Notes: a model not told the origin generated them from the letters alone. Counted from the first letter of the whole stretch, positions 40,246 through 54,082 are shown. The stretch: 64,000 bases of DNA, filler included, from Blastocystis sp. subtype 4 (GCF_000743755.1; 49 parts of 49 records of this genome joined end to end with filler, not necessarily neighbours in it), one strand, 5' to 3'. Made by a program: numbers and translations.

Positions 40246-40570
40246 TTATGCTCTGCTCTTCTTGCCCTTCTTACCTTTCTTGCCCTTCTTTCCCTTCTTT
40301 CCAACCAAATCTCCTTCCATTCCAGCAAGAGCCTTTCCAGTCCAACCAATCAACACAAGAAGACAAATGTTACTCACCAGTTGAGTCAACACTAATCATT
40401 ATCAATTGTACTAACAAATACTCATTCCCCAACCGAGGAAGGCAACACGAGAATAGTTGAAAACATTGCATAAGAAGCTGATTAAACCGCAAACACCTCC
40501 AATGAAAGCAGTCTTACTATAACCAGCACTGAACTTCTATTTGTCAATCAAGGTAATGAAGAATCACATC
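40246..40570 (-). CDS. Membrane protein 3' end with (KKG)n basic tail
   Basis: Hydrophobic exons, ...KKGKKGKKGKKGKKSRA*; TGTTTGTT at 40197-40204. Confidence 0.55.
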
Positions 40571-40670
40571 NNNNNNNNNNNNNNNNNNNNNNNNNNNNNN
40601 NNNNNNNNNNNNNNTTAATTAATTAANNNNNNNNNNNNNNNNNNNNNNNNNNNNNNNNNNNNNNNNNNNN

Positions 40671-41822
40671 TCACTTGACACATCACTCTGTATCACCTTC
40701 CAATCTGTGTATTCAATCTGGAAAGGGAAATATGTTGAGAACACAGTTGATACATAGATCGGTTTGTAACTCTGTCTACTCATTTCCATGATATCCAACT
40801 CCATTTCTCCATAATCAACAGTCAGAGTGTAACCAGATCCAATATTCCATCCATCTCCATATGAATCAGCTCCTTCAAATGTGTAGATTCCATTATTCAA
40901 ACAGAAATCAATGTAGTAATAAGCATTCTTCACAGGGAATGAAGATACTGATTGCAGAACAGTTCCTGAGGTTCCTCTTCCTTCATACAGCTTCCATGAA
41001 TTCTGATTAGGATAACCATCGGCTCTGAATCGAACAGTCATCAGTCCTCTGGTGTCAGAACACATAACCACTTCAAATGTTATCGTGGTAGTCATATCTC
41101 CTCCACTAATCTTAGTAGCAGTGATGGTGTAGGTTTGAGTACCATTTCCAGCAGTGGCAGTACCTGAGATCCAACCAGTGTGAGGATCCAACACAATACC
41201 AGCAGGAAGAGAAGGATTGATTCTGAAGTTCATACAACCATCTCCATTCTGAGGAATCACTTCAGCCATCTCAACATACTTGATTACAGTGATTGAGGAA
41301 TCATAAGTGAAGTTAGGAATATCAGCCAACACATTATCAGCAAACAGATCCAGAGATTGAATATACCAAGTGCAAGAAGAAGGATTACCAGTAGCAAAGT
41401 TCTCAAACTTGAATTGATTGTAAGGATTATTGTTAGGGAAATAGATTCTTCTCTTCTGACCAGGAGTTGAATAAGTGAGACCAGTTACATTGGTAAGAAG
41501 TGTCCATTCATCTGTATCTGAGTTACGACCATACAGATTGAACTCAGTTACCCATTGATTTCTATAGGAACCATAATTCTGAATCTGAACAGAACTAATC
41601 CATTCATGACAATTGTTTGATAGAGTCACAGTCAGAGAATTGGTAGCACAGGATGAATAGTAGATGTTGTTTCCATGATACATATCGAAAGGATAAGTAG
41701 TAAGACCAGAGATACCAGACATAGTAGCAGTGAATTCCCAGATATGAGATTCAGATTGTTCTGATGACATCAAACGAACCATTGTATCGAAATAGGATGT
41801 GAGTTGAGTATCATCAATAGCA
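40671..41822 (-). CDS. Surface-protein module A fragment
   Basis: Open paralog. Confidence 0.85.
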
Positions 41823-41922
41823 NNNNNNNNNNNNNNNNNNNNNNNNNNNNNNNNNNNNNNNNNNNNTTAATTAATTAANNNNNNNNNNNNNNNNNNNNNN
41901 NNNNNNNNNNNNNNNNNNNNNN

Positions 41923-43652
41923 GGTTGCTCGATTCAATCTTGAAGATGAATTCGATTCTTTGAGTGTATGAATGAGTGATGATGATTCTAATGTGTTCTC
42001 GAAGTTCCATGTGATTCTGTCGACATCTGGAATTGATGAAGGCAGTAATGTATTCAGTTTCGAGATTCATCGTGGTTTGAGTGGTTCTTCTTCTGATGCT
42101 GCTGTGTTTGATGGTACTGGAGTATTTGGAGTTGAAGATTGTTGTACTGTTGTTGATTCTTATTCTTCACTATCGTCAAATAGGTTGTCTCACACCGCCG
42201 TTGTCAAATTCATGGATCTGAATCCTTACACTACTAGTAGTGTTCCTAATACGATTGGAACGTATATTGAATGGACTGTTGAGAATCTAATTGGAAGCAA
42301 ATGGAACTGTTGAGAATCTAATTGGAAGCAAATGGAACTGTTGAGAATCTGGTTGGAAGCAAATGGAACTCATTCAACATGGTTGGTTTTACTACTATCT
42401 CTTTGAGTTTCACTATCGATGGATATTATGATCCTAACAATACTGCTGAGGAACCAGTCACCATTCTGGATGTTGAGGATCAGAGAATGAGTTCTCGAAG
42501 AAAACCTCAAATCCCTGTATCTATCTCAATGTCAAGATTCAGAAAGTATCGATGGGAGATTACCAAAGTTGGAAGTGATTCCATGTCGCTGGCTTCGATT
42601 CATATGGCTTATTGTAAGCCTGTGGGAGCAATATGTGTTGGAGAAGGAGCATATCCTCCTGTGAATGAAGGTGAGATGTGTGTGAAGAATTGTGGATATG
42701 GATATCGTGGTTATTGATATCGTGAGTGTACAAATGGATCTTTGGGTCCTGAAGTGACTACTGATTGTGTAGTATTGCGACCTGAGAATGTTGGTTATTG
42801 GTGAACAGGATTGGTATTTGTGATTGGTCAGACTGTATGTAGTGGTATTCCATTAGTCAGAAACATTGGTAGGAAGTGGGAGATGAGTTCGGAGTCTGTT
42901 CGAGCTGGATTGTCTTTGAACTGTAGTACAGGAGAGATTTGTGGAATTCCCACAAGGGCTTCTTTGTCTGTCACTTACTGTATAACTGCTAGAAATGATG
43001 TTGGATCTGCCTCAGGTGAAGTATCACTCGAAGTGATTCCAGAGTATATCTTCTTCCCTCAAACTAGTTTGATCATTAGTGTGGAACAACCCTTCATGCT
43101 AACTCCCACACTTCAGAGAAGAGCTGTTGTGTCTGTGTTCTCAGGATCTCTGCCTGCTGGTGTCACTGTTGATGGTTGAACTGGAGTCATTTGTGGAACT
43201 CCAACAGAAAGGGTTTGTTCGCAGTGTGTGACTATGAATGGTCAGAGTGATGGAGCCAGTCAGAAGGTTGTTCTCACATTCATTGTACTCCTTCGTCTCT
43301 GTGCCTTCTCCTATCCTCAATGAAGCTACATTCTGCGTCGATCCCAGTCATTCTCAGATACTCCTTTGATGAGTGGAGATGTTCGTGTCTATTCGATTGA
43401 ATCAGGTGAATTGCCTGCTGGTTTGAGTTTGGATTGAGTGAATGGAATGATTTCTGGATCTCGTTCTCAATGAATGAGAGATCAGAATGTGGTGATGAAA
43501 ACAGAGAATGCAGTGAGTAATGAAAGCTTCCCTCTCTCGTTCACAACTGGTATTCTCTGAACAGTAGTTCACTATTGTGTGGATGTGTATTACACAGGAA
43601 TCAAGAGTCTCTTCTCGATTAGTCGTGAATGTGATGGTGATTATATCCAGTA
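41923..43652 (+). pseudogene. Putative-Ig-repeat surface protein pseudogene, C-to-G hypermutated
   Basis: SGSLPAG...GxISG repeats; seven in-frame TGA stops. Confidence 0.8.
42272..42368 (+). repeat. 31-nt tandem triplication
   Basis: TGGAACTGTTGAGAATCTAATTGGAAGCAAA x3, shifts the frame. Confidence 0.9.
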
Positions 43653-44088
43653 NNNNNNNNNNNNNNNNNNNNNNNNNNNNNNNNNNNNNNNNNNNNTTAA
43701 TTAATTAANNNNNNNNNNNNNNNNNNNNNNNNNNNNNNNNNNNNNNNNNNNNGCACCGATGAATATCCATGGCAGACTCGGTGTTGAGAAAATAGGAAAA
43801 GAACCAAAGGCAGAAATTGCAGGCTTTTGAGGAATTGTTGGATCCTAGAATATTTTGGGAATTCGATGGATATCATCTTTTGTATCGTAATTGAATATGT
43901 CATCAATTGAGAAGTGCAGACAATTACCAAAGATTGTGATTCTATGAGGAGAAGATGATCGATAGGAACTGCATGCTCATTGGCATGGATGTATTCAAAG
44001 TGACTAGTGACACAGAAACTTGAATGCCAATCTCTAAGCATATTTACAAAACTCAGGGACTAAGATAAGTATGAACAAAGAGAATCAA

Positions 44089-44736
44089 TCACCTCTTATG
44101 AAAGAAGGAAGTAATTCCAGACTTTGGTTCCTTAACAGTACGCTGACTCTCTTGAGGTTGACTAACTTTAACTCGTTTCACATCCCTTTCTTCTAAGGTT
44201 AGGTCCTCTACAAGGAAACGCAGTGAAGGGGTCTGAGAACAAACTTGTATAAGGTGAGAGTTCTAATGGTGATATAATATCAAAAGTAGCACTTTTACAG
44301 TTTTGGTTCCATCTTGTTTCATTCGAGCATTCAGTTTATTCGCAAGCATATCAATAAACAAAGTCTACATATCAATACAATTTACAGTCAATACAGTTGC
44401 TTTACTCATAATCTGAACAGCCCGTTTAGATATAATATTCACCTCAGGATCCATCTTCATAATCCGTTTTACACGAGCTACAGATTAGCATGAATGAACA
44501 ATTGAACCAATAGGCATTACAACACTATCTGAATCTTCAACATCTTGTGTCTCATTTGGTTCTGATACGTATAAGTTATTCCAGTTGTCATTCTCCAGTT
44601 GCACTGATAATGGAACATACATATCATAAAAAGACTCTTCATCGAATGAATCAACTTGTGTCTTCATAAATAATGATTCCACTTCTGTATTCACCTCATC
44701 TTCTTCGATAGCATCCATTTGCTCTTCATCACTCAT
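44089..44736 (-). CDS. Histone-fold protein (NF-YC/DPB3/POLE4/CHRAC-like), complete, 3 introns
   Basis: MPIARVKRIMKMDPEVNIISKRAVQIMSKATTLFIDMLA; acidic N-terminus; ends KSGITSFFHKR*. Confidence 0.8.
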
Positions 44737-44998
44737 GATATAGTACAGAGAAGTGAATACGAAAACAAAGAACTATTGGAAAAGGAATGACTGATAGTAA
44801 TTGATTCTATGTTTGTTCAAATGGATATGATTCGATATATATTAATCAAATGAAGATGAGAAGGAGATAAAAGAAGAAAGAGAATAGAATAGAATAATNN
44901 NNNNNNNNNNNNNNNNNNNNNNNNNNNNNNNNNNNNNNNNNNTTAATTAATTAANNNNNNNNNNNNNNNNNNNNNNNNNNNNNNNNNNNNNNNNNNNN

Positions 44999-46199
44999 AA
45001 CTATCGATTTCAATTCTTTCATTTCTTATCAATCTGGCATTTCTACTGATAATCCTTGTTCTATTTATCCTCATTCTATCTCTTCTTCTGGTACATTCAG
45101 TTATCCTTCATATGCATTTGATTACAGTTGGAAGTGGACCGCGTGGATATCTTGTTCTTATCTTCCTGCCTATGTGATTGGTTCATTTGGAACTACCATT
45201 CCTCTTGTCAATTCTATTCGATTATATACTGATGATTATCCTGATCGATCTCCATCTTCATTGATTGTATCAGGAAGTGATTCTGATTCTTCTTGGAATA
45301 CTCTATTCACTCAATCTGGTCAGACTTATAATGAGTATTCATGGAAACAATGGTCATTGAATTCTCCTTCACAATTCAAATCAATCAAGTTCACTGTCAA
45401 TTCTGTTCAATCAACTGATTATGCCTTTATCTCTGAACTTCAATTCATGACATGTAATCAAGATATCACTCTTTCTCTTCCTCATTCCTTTTATTCATTC
45501 TTAATAGATCAACCTGTTGTTTTATCAACTGATATGGATGGAATCACAAACTGTATCATTTCTCCTCCTCTTCCTCAAGGACTCATTCTCAATCGTACTA
45601 CTTGTACTATCTCTGGAACTCTCACTTCTCTTTCTTTCTCTTCTTACAATATCACTGCCATTTCTCATTCAAACACTTTCATCCGTATTGTATCAATTGA
45701 GATCATTTCATCTCTCATCTCATATCCTCAAACCAATCTCATCATTGGTCAAGGACTATCCTTCTCTATCACTCCCAATCTCACCAAAGTCTCTACTATC
45801 TCCATTGTCTCAGGATCACTTCTATTGGTCTATCTATCAATCCATCAACTGGAGTCATCTCTGAATCTCCTTCTCATTTACTCTCTTCTCAATCAGTCAC
45901 AATCGAAGCAGTGAGTGGAACAGCAATTCAAACTGTTGTTCTTTCATTCACTGTTATCACTCCTATCTCTTCATTATCTTATCCTCAATCATCCTATATT
46001 ATATCAGCTGGTGAATCATTCTCTGTTTTTCCCACTGTCATTGGAAGTGATCCTTTTTTCTCTATCATATCAGGATCTCTTCCTATTGGACTATCTCTTA
46101 ATCCTTCAACTGGAATGGTATCTGGAATTCCATCTCTAGTCATTATATCGCAATCAGTTACTATCAAAGCATCGAATGATGTCAATGATAAATCATTCA
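44999..46199 (+). pseudogene. Discoidin-like + putative-Ig repeat surface protein, frameshift near 45820
   Basis: GSL-IGLSINPSTGVIS frame switch; homologous to 51774..52912. Confidence 0.7.
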
Positions 46200-46299
46200 N
46201 NNNNNNNNNNNNNNNNNNNNNNNNNNNNNNNNNNNNNNNNNNNTTAATTAATTAANNNNNNNNNNNNNNNNNNNNNNNNNNNNNNNNNNNNNNNNNNNN

Positions 46300-47444
46300 T
46301 GTTGAAGTCCATTTCACAGATTCAAATCATGAAGAGATCATTCAATTCAATGGATTCTTATCTCTATTGGCTGGAATGAACTCAACCAACAATTGCTTTG
46401 TTTATCCTTATCCTGTTACTGCCTCTTCTACTGACTTCTCTAATCCTAGTCGTGCTGTTGATTGGATTTATGATTCATATACGTATATTGAGAATCTACC
46501 GAGTTCAATGATGTTTGATTTCTCTGGTTCTTCTATTCCACTGATTAATTCTTATCGAATATGGCCATACACATATCCTACTGAAGGACCTAGTATATTC
46601 ACTCTAGAAGGAGCTATGTCCATTTCTTCGACATGGGAAACAGTGAATTCCATATCTGAAGCAGTTTACATTTCTAGTGAATGGAAACAATGGAATATGA
46701 GGTCCTCACTGTATCCATTGTTGAGATTAACAGTTCAAACATCTTCTTCTCTATATGAAATTCAGTTTCTTATTTGTAATCGTCCTATTCCTACAGTCAT
46801 CGATTATCCTGAGATGCAGTATTCCTATCTGAGATACTATGATGAAGTCAACATTGTTCCGATTTCAATTGATTACTATAGATGTTCAATCTCACCTTCT
46901 CTTCCTGATGGAATGAGTATTGATCCCAACACTTGTATCATCTCTGGAAGATCAAATGTTGCATCTCCATTGACTATTTATCAGGTCACAGCCCAAGTAG
47001 TAACAGCTCAAGTGCAAACATCCATCAATATTTCTTTCACCGAATGTACTGGTGCCTATTACAAGATTGTTCGAACTTACAAGACCAGTCCTCAAAATGA
47101 GTATTTCAATATTCGTGATTCATCTAATGAGAGCATCCTCTATCAGATTGAATCAGGTCATTCACATTCTGCCAATACCGATTGGATTCATTATCTGTGT
47201 GTCACTGTTGATCGATTTGATGTTATCTTCTATTCCACATCTACTTATTGGTCTTATGGCTCTTATTTCTATATGTATCAGATGTTACCTGATGGTGAAG
47301 AGGAGATGGTTCTGAAAGGACGATATGATGCGAATCAAGGCAATATTCATACTCATTATCTTCGTCGTCCTTCTATCAATCATTCAGAACAATGGTATTA
47401 TAAGATGGGTGAAGTGCCTACCAATTGGTTTGGTGATGATACTT
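46300..47444 (+). CDS. Surface-protein module C fragment
   Basis: Open paralog. Confidence 0.85.
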
Positions 47445-47544
47445 NNNNNNNNNNNNNNNNNNNNNNNNNNNNNNNNNNNNNNNNNNNNTTAATTAATTAA
47501 NNNNNNNNNNNNNNNNNNNNNNNNNNNNNNNNNNNNNNNNNNNN

Positions 47545-49192
47545 AAGATTTGATGATTGAATATGATAAGAAAGGAATGAGAGTATATGAAGGAGGATTT
47601 GAAAGAAATCCAAAGAAAGGATTTGTTCGAAGAGGGAAAGGAACAGAATACAGAAGTGATGGAAAGAGTGTATTGTATGTAGGTCATTGGAGGAAAGGAC
47701 ACAGACATGGATATGGAGAAGAATATGATGAGAAAGGAGAAGTGATAAGAAAAGGAAGATGGAAGGATGGTGAATATGGAGTTCGATTAATAAGTGGAAT
47801 GAATTGGGAAGTATATGATAATGATTGTATAGGAGGAGTTGAGAGACTTGAGATTGGAAATGGGTGTTTGAGGAAAGTGAATCGATTTGTGATAGATGGA
47901 TTGAATGAATTGAAGAGTGTGAAGATTGGAAGGAGGGCCTTACACAATGAATCTACAAGAATAGGGAGTGAATGTTTGATAATGAATTGTGATCAGTTGA
48001 AAGAAATCCAGATTGGATATGATTCATTCTGTTATTATGAATCATTTGTATGTAAGAATCTCCCTTCTCTTCTATCACTTCGATTGGGTGCTAATGTCCT
48101 TAAGTATTGTCATTCTGTGGTAATAGAGAGTTCGAATGATGATTGAGTGATGAACTAGATCTTATTCTATTATCATCATTGTATCTTGGACCATGGACTT
48201 TTGAAGGTGATGAGAAAACAGTTGGATCGAATGAATTGATAATGAAAGGTATGGATTGATGATAATAGGGTTAGTTGATCAGATCTTCCTTGTCTATGTN
48301 AAATGAAAGGATATGGATGGAATTTCTGCAATATTGGAAAAGTGAGAGTTGAAAGTGATGAATATGATTGTGTTTGAACTAGATATCCCATCCCTTAGTC
48401 TAGAAGGCATTGAGATGAGAGGATACTTTGGTGAAGTGAAAGAATTGATTTGTTCAAGTATGATTGATTGATTGATAATGATAAAGATGCTGATTCTCTT
48501 GAATACTTAATCACTGTTAATAGTTGTATTCCTCCTTCTGAACACTTATTGTCTGTTCATTCATCAGTATTGTGGATATCAACAATCAATGAATTGAATG
48601 AGATTTGTTGTTGTGTTGAGTCTATTGTGATTCAAGGTGGAGTTGGATTGAAAGAGAAGAGATTCAATCTGTCAAATCTATCTTGTCTAAGGAGTGTTAG
48701 TATGGGATATAATGCATTTCGAGATTGTCATTGGATAGTATTTGAGAGTACTAATGATTGTATGAATGATGAATGAGATCTGAATCGACTTGAATCGATC
48801 ATTCTTGGATCATGGGCTCTTCAAGGTGAGATAGGTACTATGTATATGAATTCACTGATAATGAGAAGTATGAATGAATTGATATTGATTGATGAGATCT
48901 TCCTTCTCTGACTCGAATCAAAGGATGTAGTGACAATTTCAATTGTATGGGAAGAGTTCGAATAGAGAGTGATGATTGATGATTGTATTTGAACTAGATA
49001 TTCCATTACTGAATGAAGATGGAATTGATATGGAATGGTCATTAATGAATGTTAAAGAATTGGGGATTGTTCAAGTATGAGTGATTGATTGATATGATTG
49101 AGATTATGCTCTTGAATCATTTATCATATTCAATAGTAATCTTCCTCCTTCTCAAGATTTGTTGTCTCTGTATTCATCAGTATTGTGGATAT
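47545..49192 (+). CDS. MORN-repeat + LRR protein fragment (family D), multi-exon, possibly decaying
   Basis: YVGHWRKGHRHGYGEEY MORN repeats, then FVIDGLNELKSVKIG LRRs; short introns. Confidence 0.75.
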
Positions 49193-49292
49193 NNNNNNNN
49201 NNNNNNNNNNNNNNNNNNNNNNNNNNNNNNNNNNNNTTAATTAATTAANNNNNNNNNNNNNNNNNNNNNNNNNNNNNNNNNNNNNNNNNNNN

Positions 49293-50433
49293 ATTGTTGC
49301 TATTGATGATACTCAACTCACATCCTATTTCGATGCAATGGTTCGTTTGATGTCATCAGAACAATCTGAATCTCATATCTGGGAATTCACTACAACAGCA
49401 ACTGGGATCTCTTGTTCACGATACACATTAAGTGATATCTCTCCGAGTGACTGTTCCAATACCAATTCTCTCACCATCACATTGAGTAATGATCGTCATG
49501 AATGGATCAGTTCTGTTCAGATTCGGAATCATTATTACTCCAGTAGAGATGAATGGATAACTGAATTCAATCTGTATGGTCGTAACTCAGATACAGATGA
49601 ATGGACACTCCTGAAGGAAGTCATTGGTCTCACTTATTCCACTCCTGGTCAGAAGAGAAGAATCTATTTCTCTAACAATACTCCTTACAATCAATTCAAG
49701 TTTGAGAACTTTGGTACTGGTAATCCTTCTTCTTGTTATTGGGTTGTTCAATCTCTGGATCTGTTTGCTGATAATGTGTTGGCTGATATTCCTAACTTCA
49801 CTTATGATTCTTCAATTACTGTATTCAAGGATGTTGAGATGTCTGAAGTGATTCCTCAGAATGGAGATCGTTACATGAACTTCAGAATCAATCCTTCTCT
49901 TCCTGTTGGTATTGTGTTGGATCCTCATACTGGTTGGATCTCAGGTACTGCCACTTCTGAGAGTACTGCTCAAACCTACACCATCACTGCTACTAAGATG
50001 ACTGGAGGAGATATGACTGCCACTATCTCTCTATCAGTTTCAATATGTACTGGAGGCAAGGGATTGATGACTGTTCGTATCTACGCTGATTATGATCATG
50101 AAGTGAATTCATGGAAACTGTATGAAGGAAGAGGAACATTAGGAACTGTCTTGAGATCTGTGGAACAATTCCTTGTATCAGGTGCTTATTACTATGTTGA
50201 TTTCTGTTTGAATGATGGAATCTACACATTTGAAGGATCTGATTCATATGGAGATGGATGGCTGACTGGAAGTGGTTACACTCTGACTGTTGATTTGGGA
50301 GAGATGGAGTTGGATATGATGACAATGAATGGTCAAGATTCCAAACCGATCTATGTATCAAGTGTGTTCTCAACGTATTTCCCTTTCCAGATTGAATACA
50401 CAGATTGGAAGGTGATACAGAGTGATGTGTCAA
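49293..50433 (+). CDS. Surface-protein module A fragment
   Basis: Open paralog. Confidence 0.85.
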
Positions 50434-50533
50434 NNNNNNNNNNNNNNNNNNNNNNNNNNNNNNNNNNNNNNNNNNNNTTAATTAATTAANNNNNNNNNNN
50501 NNNNNNNNNNNNNNNNNNNNNNNNNNNNNNNNN

Positions 50534-50729
<196 letters not shown>

Positions 50730-50874
50730 TGAGATGTCATGTCATTTCTATATGTTGAGAATGACGAATACTCTCTTTGATTATTGACACTATGTTAGAT
50801 TAGTGAATCATGATGGATCGTGTAATGGGATTGTACCACTTATGAAAATTGAGTCATTTAAATATATAAGGAGT

Positions 50875-50962
50875 TCGTATGAGTGATTTGTATTCGGTTC
50901 AGTCTAACTGTATGAGATTGTGGTGGTGAGGTAATGTCAATTACTTCTGACATCTACATTCT
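50875..50962 (+). pseudogene. Decayed penton-like 3' remnant
   Basis: GTATGAGTGATTTGTATTCGGTTCAGT...TCTGACATCTACAT matches the reverse complement of 14157-14240. Confidence 0.6.
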
Positions 50963-51396
50963 GACTAGCAATACTATTTCTGTTAGTAGCACCATCTAAC
51001 TAGTGCTCATCACTAATATCCACACCATCTCATACTGATGCATTACATTTAATCATTTATACTTCCGTCTTACAACTGTCTAGTGAGGGAGTGAGAAGTA
51101 TTAATGCCTCTCTCTCAACATGATAGCCTTAAGTTTCTTAGCATTTAGTGAATATGAATTACTATCTAGGTCAGATCATATGAATAGATAAGTGATAGAA
51201 AGGTGTTTATGTGGCATACACAGATAACTGATTGGATTAAATCATCATATATGAAGTGCAGTAGATAGTATGTTTGGAATTGTAAGATGCACTCTGTTAT
51301 TCTAGATTTGTATCATCAGCACCAGTTATTTAGTACCTGCCATAACTGATTAGAAACAAAGAGTTGAAATGACAGATTCCAGATAGAATACAATAA

Positions 51397-51672
51397 TCAT
51401 ACTGATACAGAAGGGGGTTTGGAAGATTGACCTGAATCAACAGGGGCAATCATTGATTGTTTTGATGCTAATATGATATTAGACATTTTGACCTTGGATT
51501 GGCCTGGAGATGGAATCGATATAGAATTCGTAATAACTGTTGCTTCATCCTTTGACTTCTTTGAAGAATGTCTATTCTTTGATAGAATGATGAGAATGAT
51601 GATGATAAGAATAATGAGAATGATAAGAATAGAAAGAGAGATGAGAATGATAGTGAGAGTGGATAGAGCGTT
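51397..51672 (-). CDS. C-terminal transmembrane helix and cytoplasmic tail of a type I membrane protein
   Basis: TIILISLSILIILIILIIIILIILSKNRHSSKKSK...PPSVSV*. Confidence 0.7.
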   Translation of the reverse strand, partial: NALSTLTIILISLSILIILIILIIIILIILSKNRHSSKKSKDEATVITNSISIPSPGQSKVKMSNIILASKQSMIAPVDSGQSSKPPSVSV

Positions 51673-51773
51673 GNNNNNNNNNNNNNNNNNNNNNNNNNNN
51701 NNNNNNNNNNNNNNNNNTTAATTAATTAANNNNNNNNNNNNNNNNNNNNNNNNNNNNNNNNNNNNNNNNNNNN

Positions 51774-52912
51774 TCTTCTCAATCAGTCACAATCGAAGCA
51801 ATGAGTGGAACAGCAATTGAAACTGTTGTTCTTTCATTCACTGTTATCACTCCTATCTCTTCATTCTCATATCCTCAATCATCATATGTTCTATCAAGAG
51901 ATGATCCTGTTTCAATCATTCCTACAGTCAATGGAGATGAACTCTCATTCTCTATCACATCAGGATCTCTTCCTATTGGTCTATCTCTCAATCCTTCAAC
52001 TGGAATGATATCTGGAACTCCTTCTCAATCAATATCATCTCAATTAGTCACAATCAAAGCATTCAATCAAGTCAGTGATCAAACTATCTCACTCACATTC
52101 ACAGTGCTCGCTTTTATCTCTTCATTCTCTTATCCGCAGTCATCATATGTTCTGACAAAGAATACTCCATTTTCCATCTCTCCTTCTGTTGATGGAGATG
52201 AACTCTCATTCTCTATTTCATTAGGATCACTTCCTGTTGGACTCTCGCTCAATCCTTCAAATGGAGTTATCTCAGGAAACCCTTCTCAATTTGTGTCATC
52301 TCAATCAGTTACAATCGAAGCATCCAATCAAGTGAGTAATCGATCATTCTCTCTTTCATTCACTGTTATCACTCCTATCTCTTCATTCTCATATCCTCAA
52401 TCATCTTATGTTCTGACAAGAGATGATCCTGTTTCAATCATTCCTACAGTCAATGGAGATGAACTCTCATTCTCTATCACATCAGGATCTCTTCCTATTG
52501 ATCTATCTCTCAATCCATCAACTGGAATGATATCTGGAACTCCTTCTCAATCAGTATCATCTCAATCAGTAACAATCAAAGCATTCAATGAAGTGAGCGA
52601 TCAATCATTCTCTCTTTCATTCACTATTCAACTCATTCCTTCATCTCTCAACTACAATCAAACCATCTTCATCATTCAAAACAACACCTATTTCAGTACA
52701 ACTCCCACCTGTGAAGGAGATGATCTCTCATTCTCCATTATCTCTGGATCTCTTCCTACTGGTCTATCTATCGATTCAACAACTGGAATCATATCTGGAA
52801 CGCCTCTATCTTCCATTCCTCTCACAAACATCACCATTCAAGCATCTAATCAAGTCGGATCAACTCAATTCACAATCTCCATTCAAGTCATTATTCCTCT
52901 ATCCAATCTTCA
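51774..52912 (+). CDS. Tandem putative-Ig (He_PIG/cadherin-like) repeat protein fragment
   Basis: Four ~87-aa repeats FSYPQSSY...SGSLPIGLSLNPSTGMISGTP. Confidence 0.85.
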
Positions 52913-53012
52913 NNNNNNNNNNNNNNNNNNNNNNNNNNNNNNNNNNNNNNNNNNNNTTAATTAATTAANNNNNNNNNNNNNNNNNNNNNNNNNNNNNNNN
53001 NNNNNNNNNNNN

Positions 53013-53453
53013 GCCAATGGAAAGGACATTCGTGTGGTATTTACTTGATTGGACTATGACGTATAGGACTCGACGTTTGAGTTTGAGAAGACGCGTAACC
53101 GTCCTGTGAAGTACAATCGTGACTTGATGGCTGCTACACTCAAGGCCATGAAGCGCGTGCAGGAGATTCAGACTATTCGGGAAAAACGCTTCTACGAAAG
53201 AAGGTGAGCGTAAACAATAGTTTGTAATGTCTAGAATGGCTTTGGCTAAGGAGCAACAGAGATTACACAAGAAGACTATTATTGCTAGAGTAGGTCATTC
53301 TGAAAGTGTCTTATACTGTAGAATGTGGAGCTCATTCGTCCTGCTGCAGCCAAGAAGACGGAAGATGTTCTCAGAGCAGAACAGTTGAGAGAAGAATTGA
53401 AAGCTCGCAAAGCAGAGATTCTTCGTCAGCGACAAACCAAGAACCACAATTAA
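53013..53453 (+). CDS. RLP24: Ribosome biogenesis protein RLP24 (RSL24D1), 3' part
   Basis: DSTFEFEKTRNRPVKYNRDLMAATLKAMKRVQEI; introns 53037-53066, 53204-53234, 53290-53321. Confidence 0.9.
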
Positions 53454-53505
53454 TTGTTCATTTAGGGTATTAGAGTTTGTTGTTAGAAACATGTCGTAAA
53501 AGACA

Positions 53506-53969
53506 CTATTGAGATGGTGCTTCCTCTTTCTTCTGTTGTTTACGTGGCTGGGCACTAATGTCATAAGGATGAAGAGGAGGAGGAGGCAGAATACCTGCCT
53601 AAACATAAATTATTTATTTTGAGTACATACTCTACCCAGCAGAACAGCAACTGTTTCAGAAGGCTGAGCACCAACAGAAAGCCAGTACTTGATACGATCT
53701 ATCGAGGTTAATCATCAATAGCAATCACATACCAACATTTAACCTTAGTTCTTTGACTCCATCATCTAGAGGAATAGGATTGTATGTTCCCACCTAGAAA
53801 GCGTTATTTCAAGAAGATAACTTCACACCTCCTCTATAAATCGGCCATCTCGTTTAACGTGCTTATTGCACACTCGAATTCTATAGAAGGGAAGATGTCT
53901 TCTACCAAACCGAGCCAAGCGCATCTAATTGTTCATAACATTTCCGGCACTCAATACAACAACAGGCAT
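53506..53969 (-). CDS. MRPS16: Mitochondrial ribosomal protein bS16m, complete, 4 introns
   Basis: MRLARFGRRHLPFYRI...DGRFIEEVGTYNP...RIKYWLSVGAQPSETV. Confidence 0.9.
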
Positions 53970-54082
53970 GGTAATAGGAGTGAATACGAAGAAATCTGTG
54001 AAACATCATACACAAGAAGCTATAGTCATTTTAAAACAAACAACTCCACCCTTGTGAATGACTATTGATAATTTCAATAGTT

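Noticed and set aside
42322..43652. TGA recoding (Trp/Sec/readthrough) to explain seven in-frame TGAs
   Set aside because: TGAs fall at Ser positions alongside other C>G changes, and TGA is a normal stop elsewhere (44089, 51397, 54083)
51473..51721. Plus-strand ORF with MMRMMMIRIMRM
   Set aside because: Antisense of a transmembrane-helix exon
53295..54068. ORF-track proteins 53295..53606 and 53784..54068
   Set aside because: They overlap spliced RLP24 and MRPS16 exons and introns
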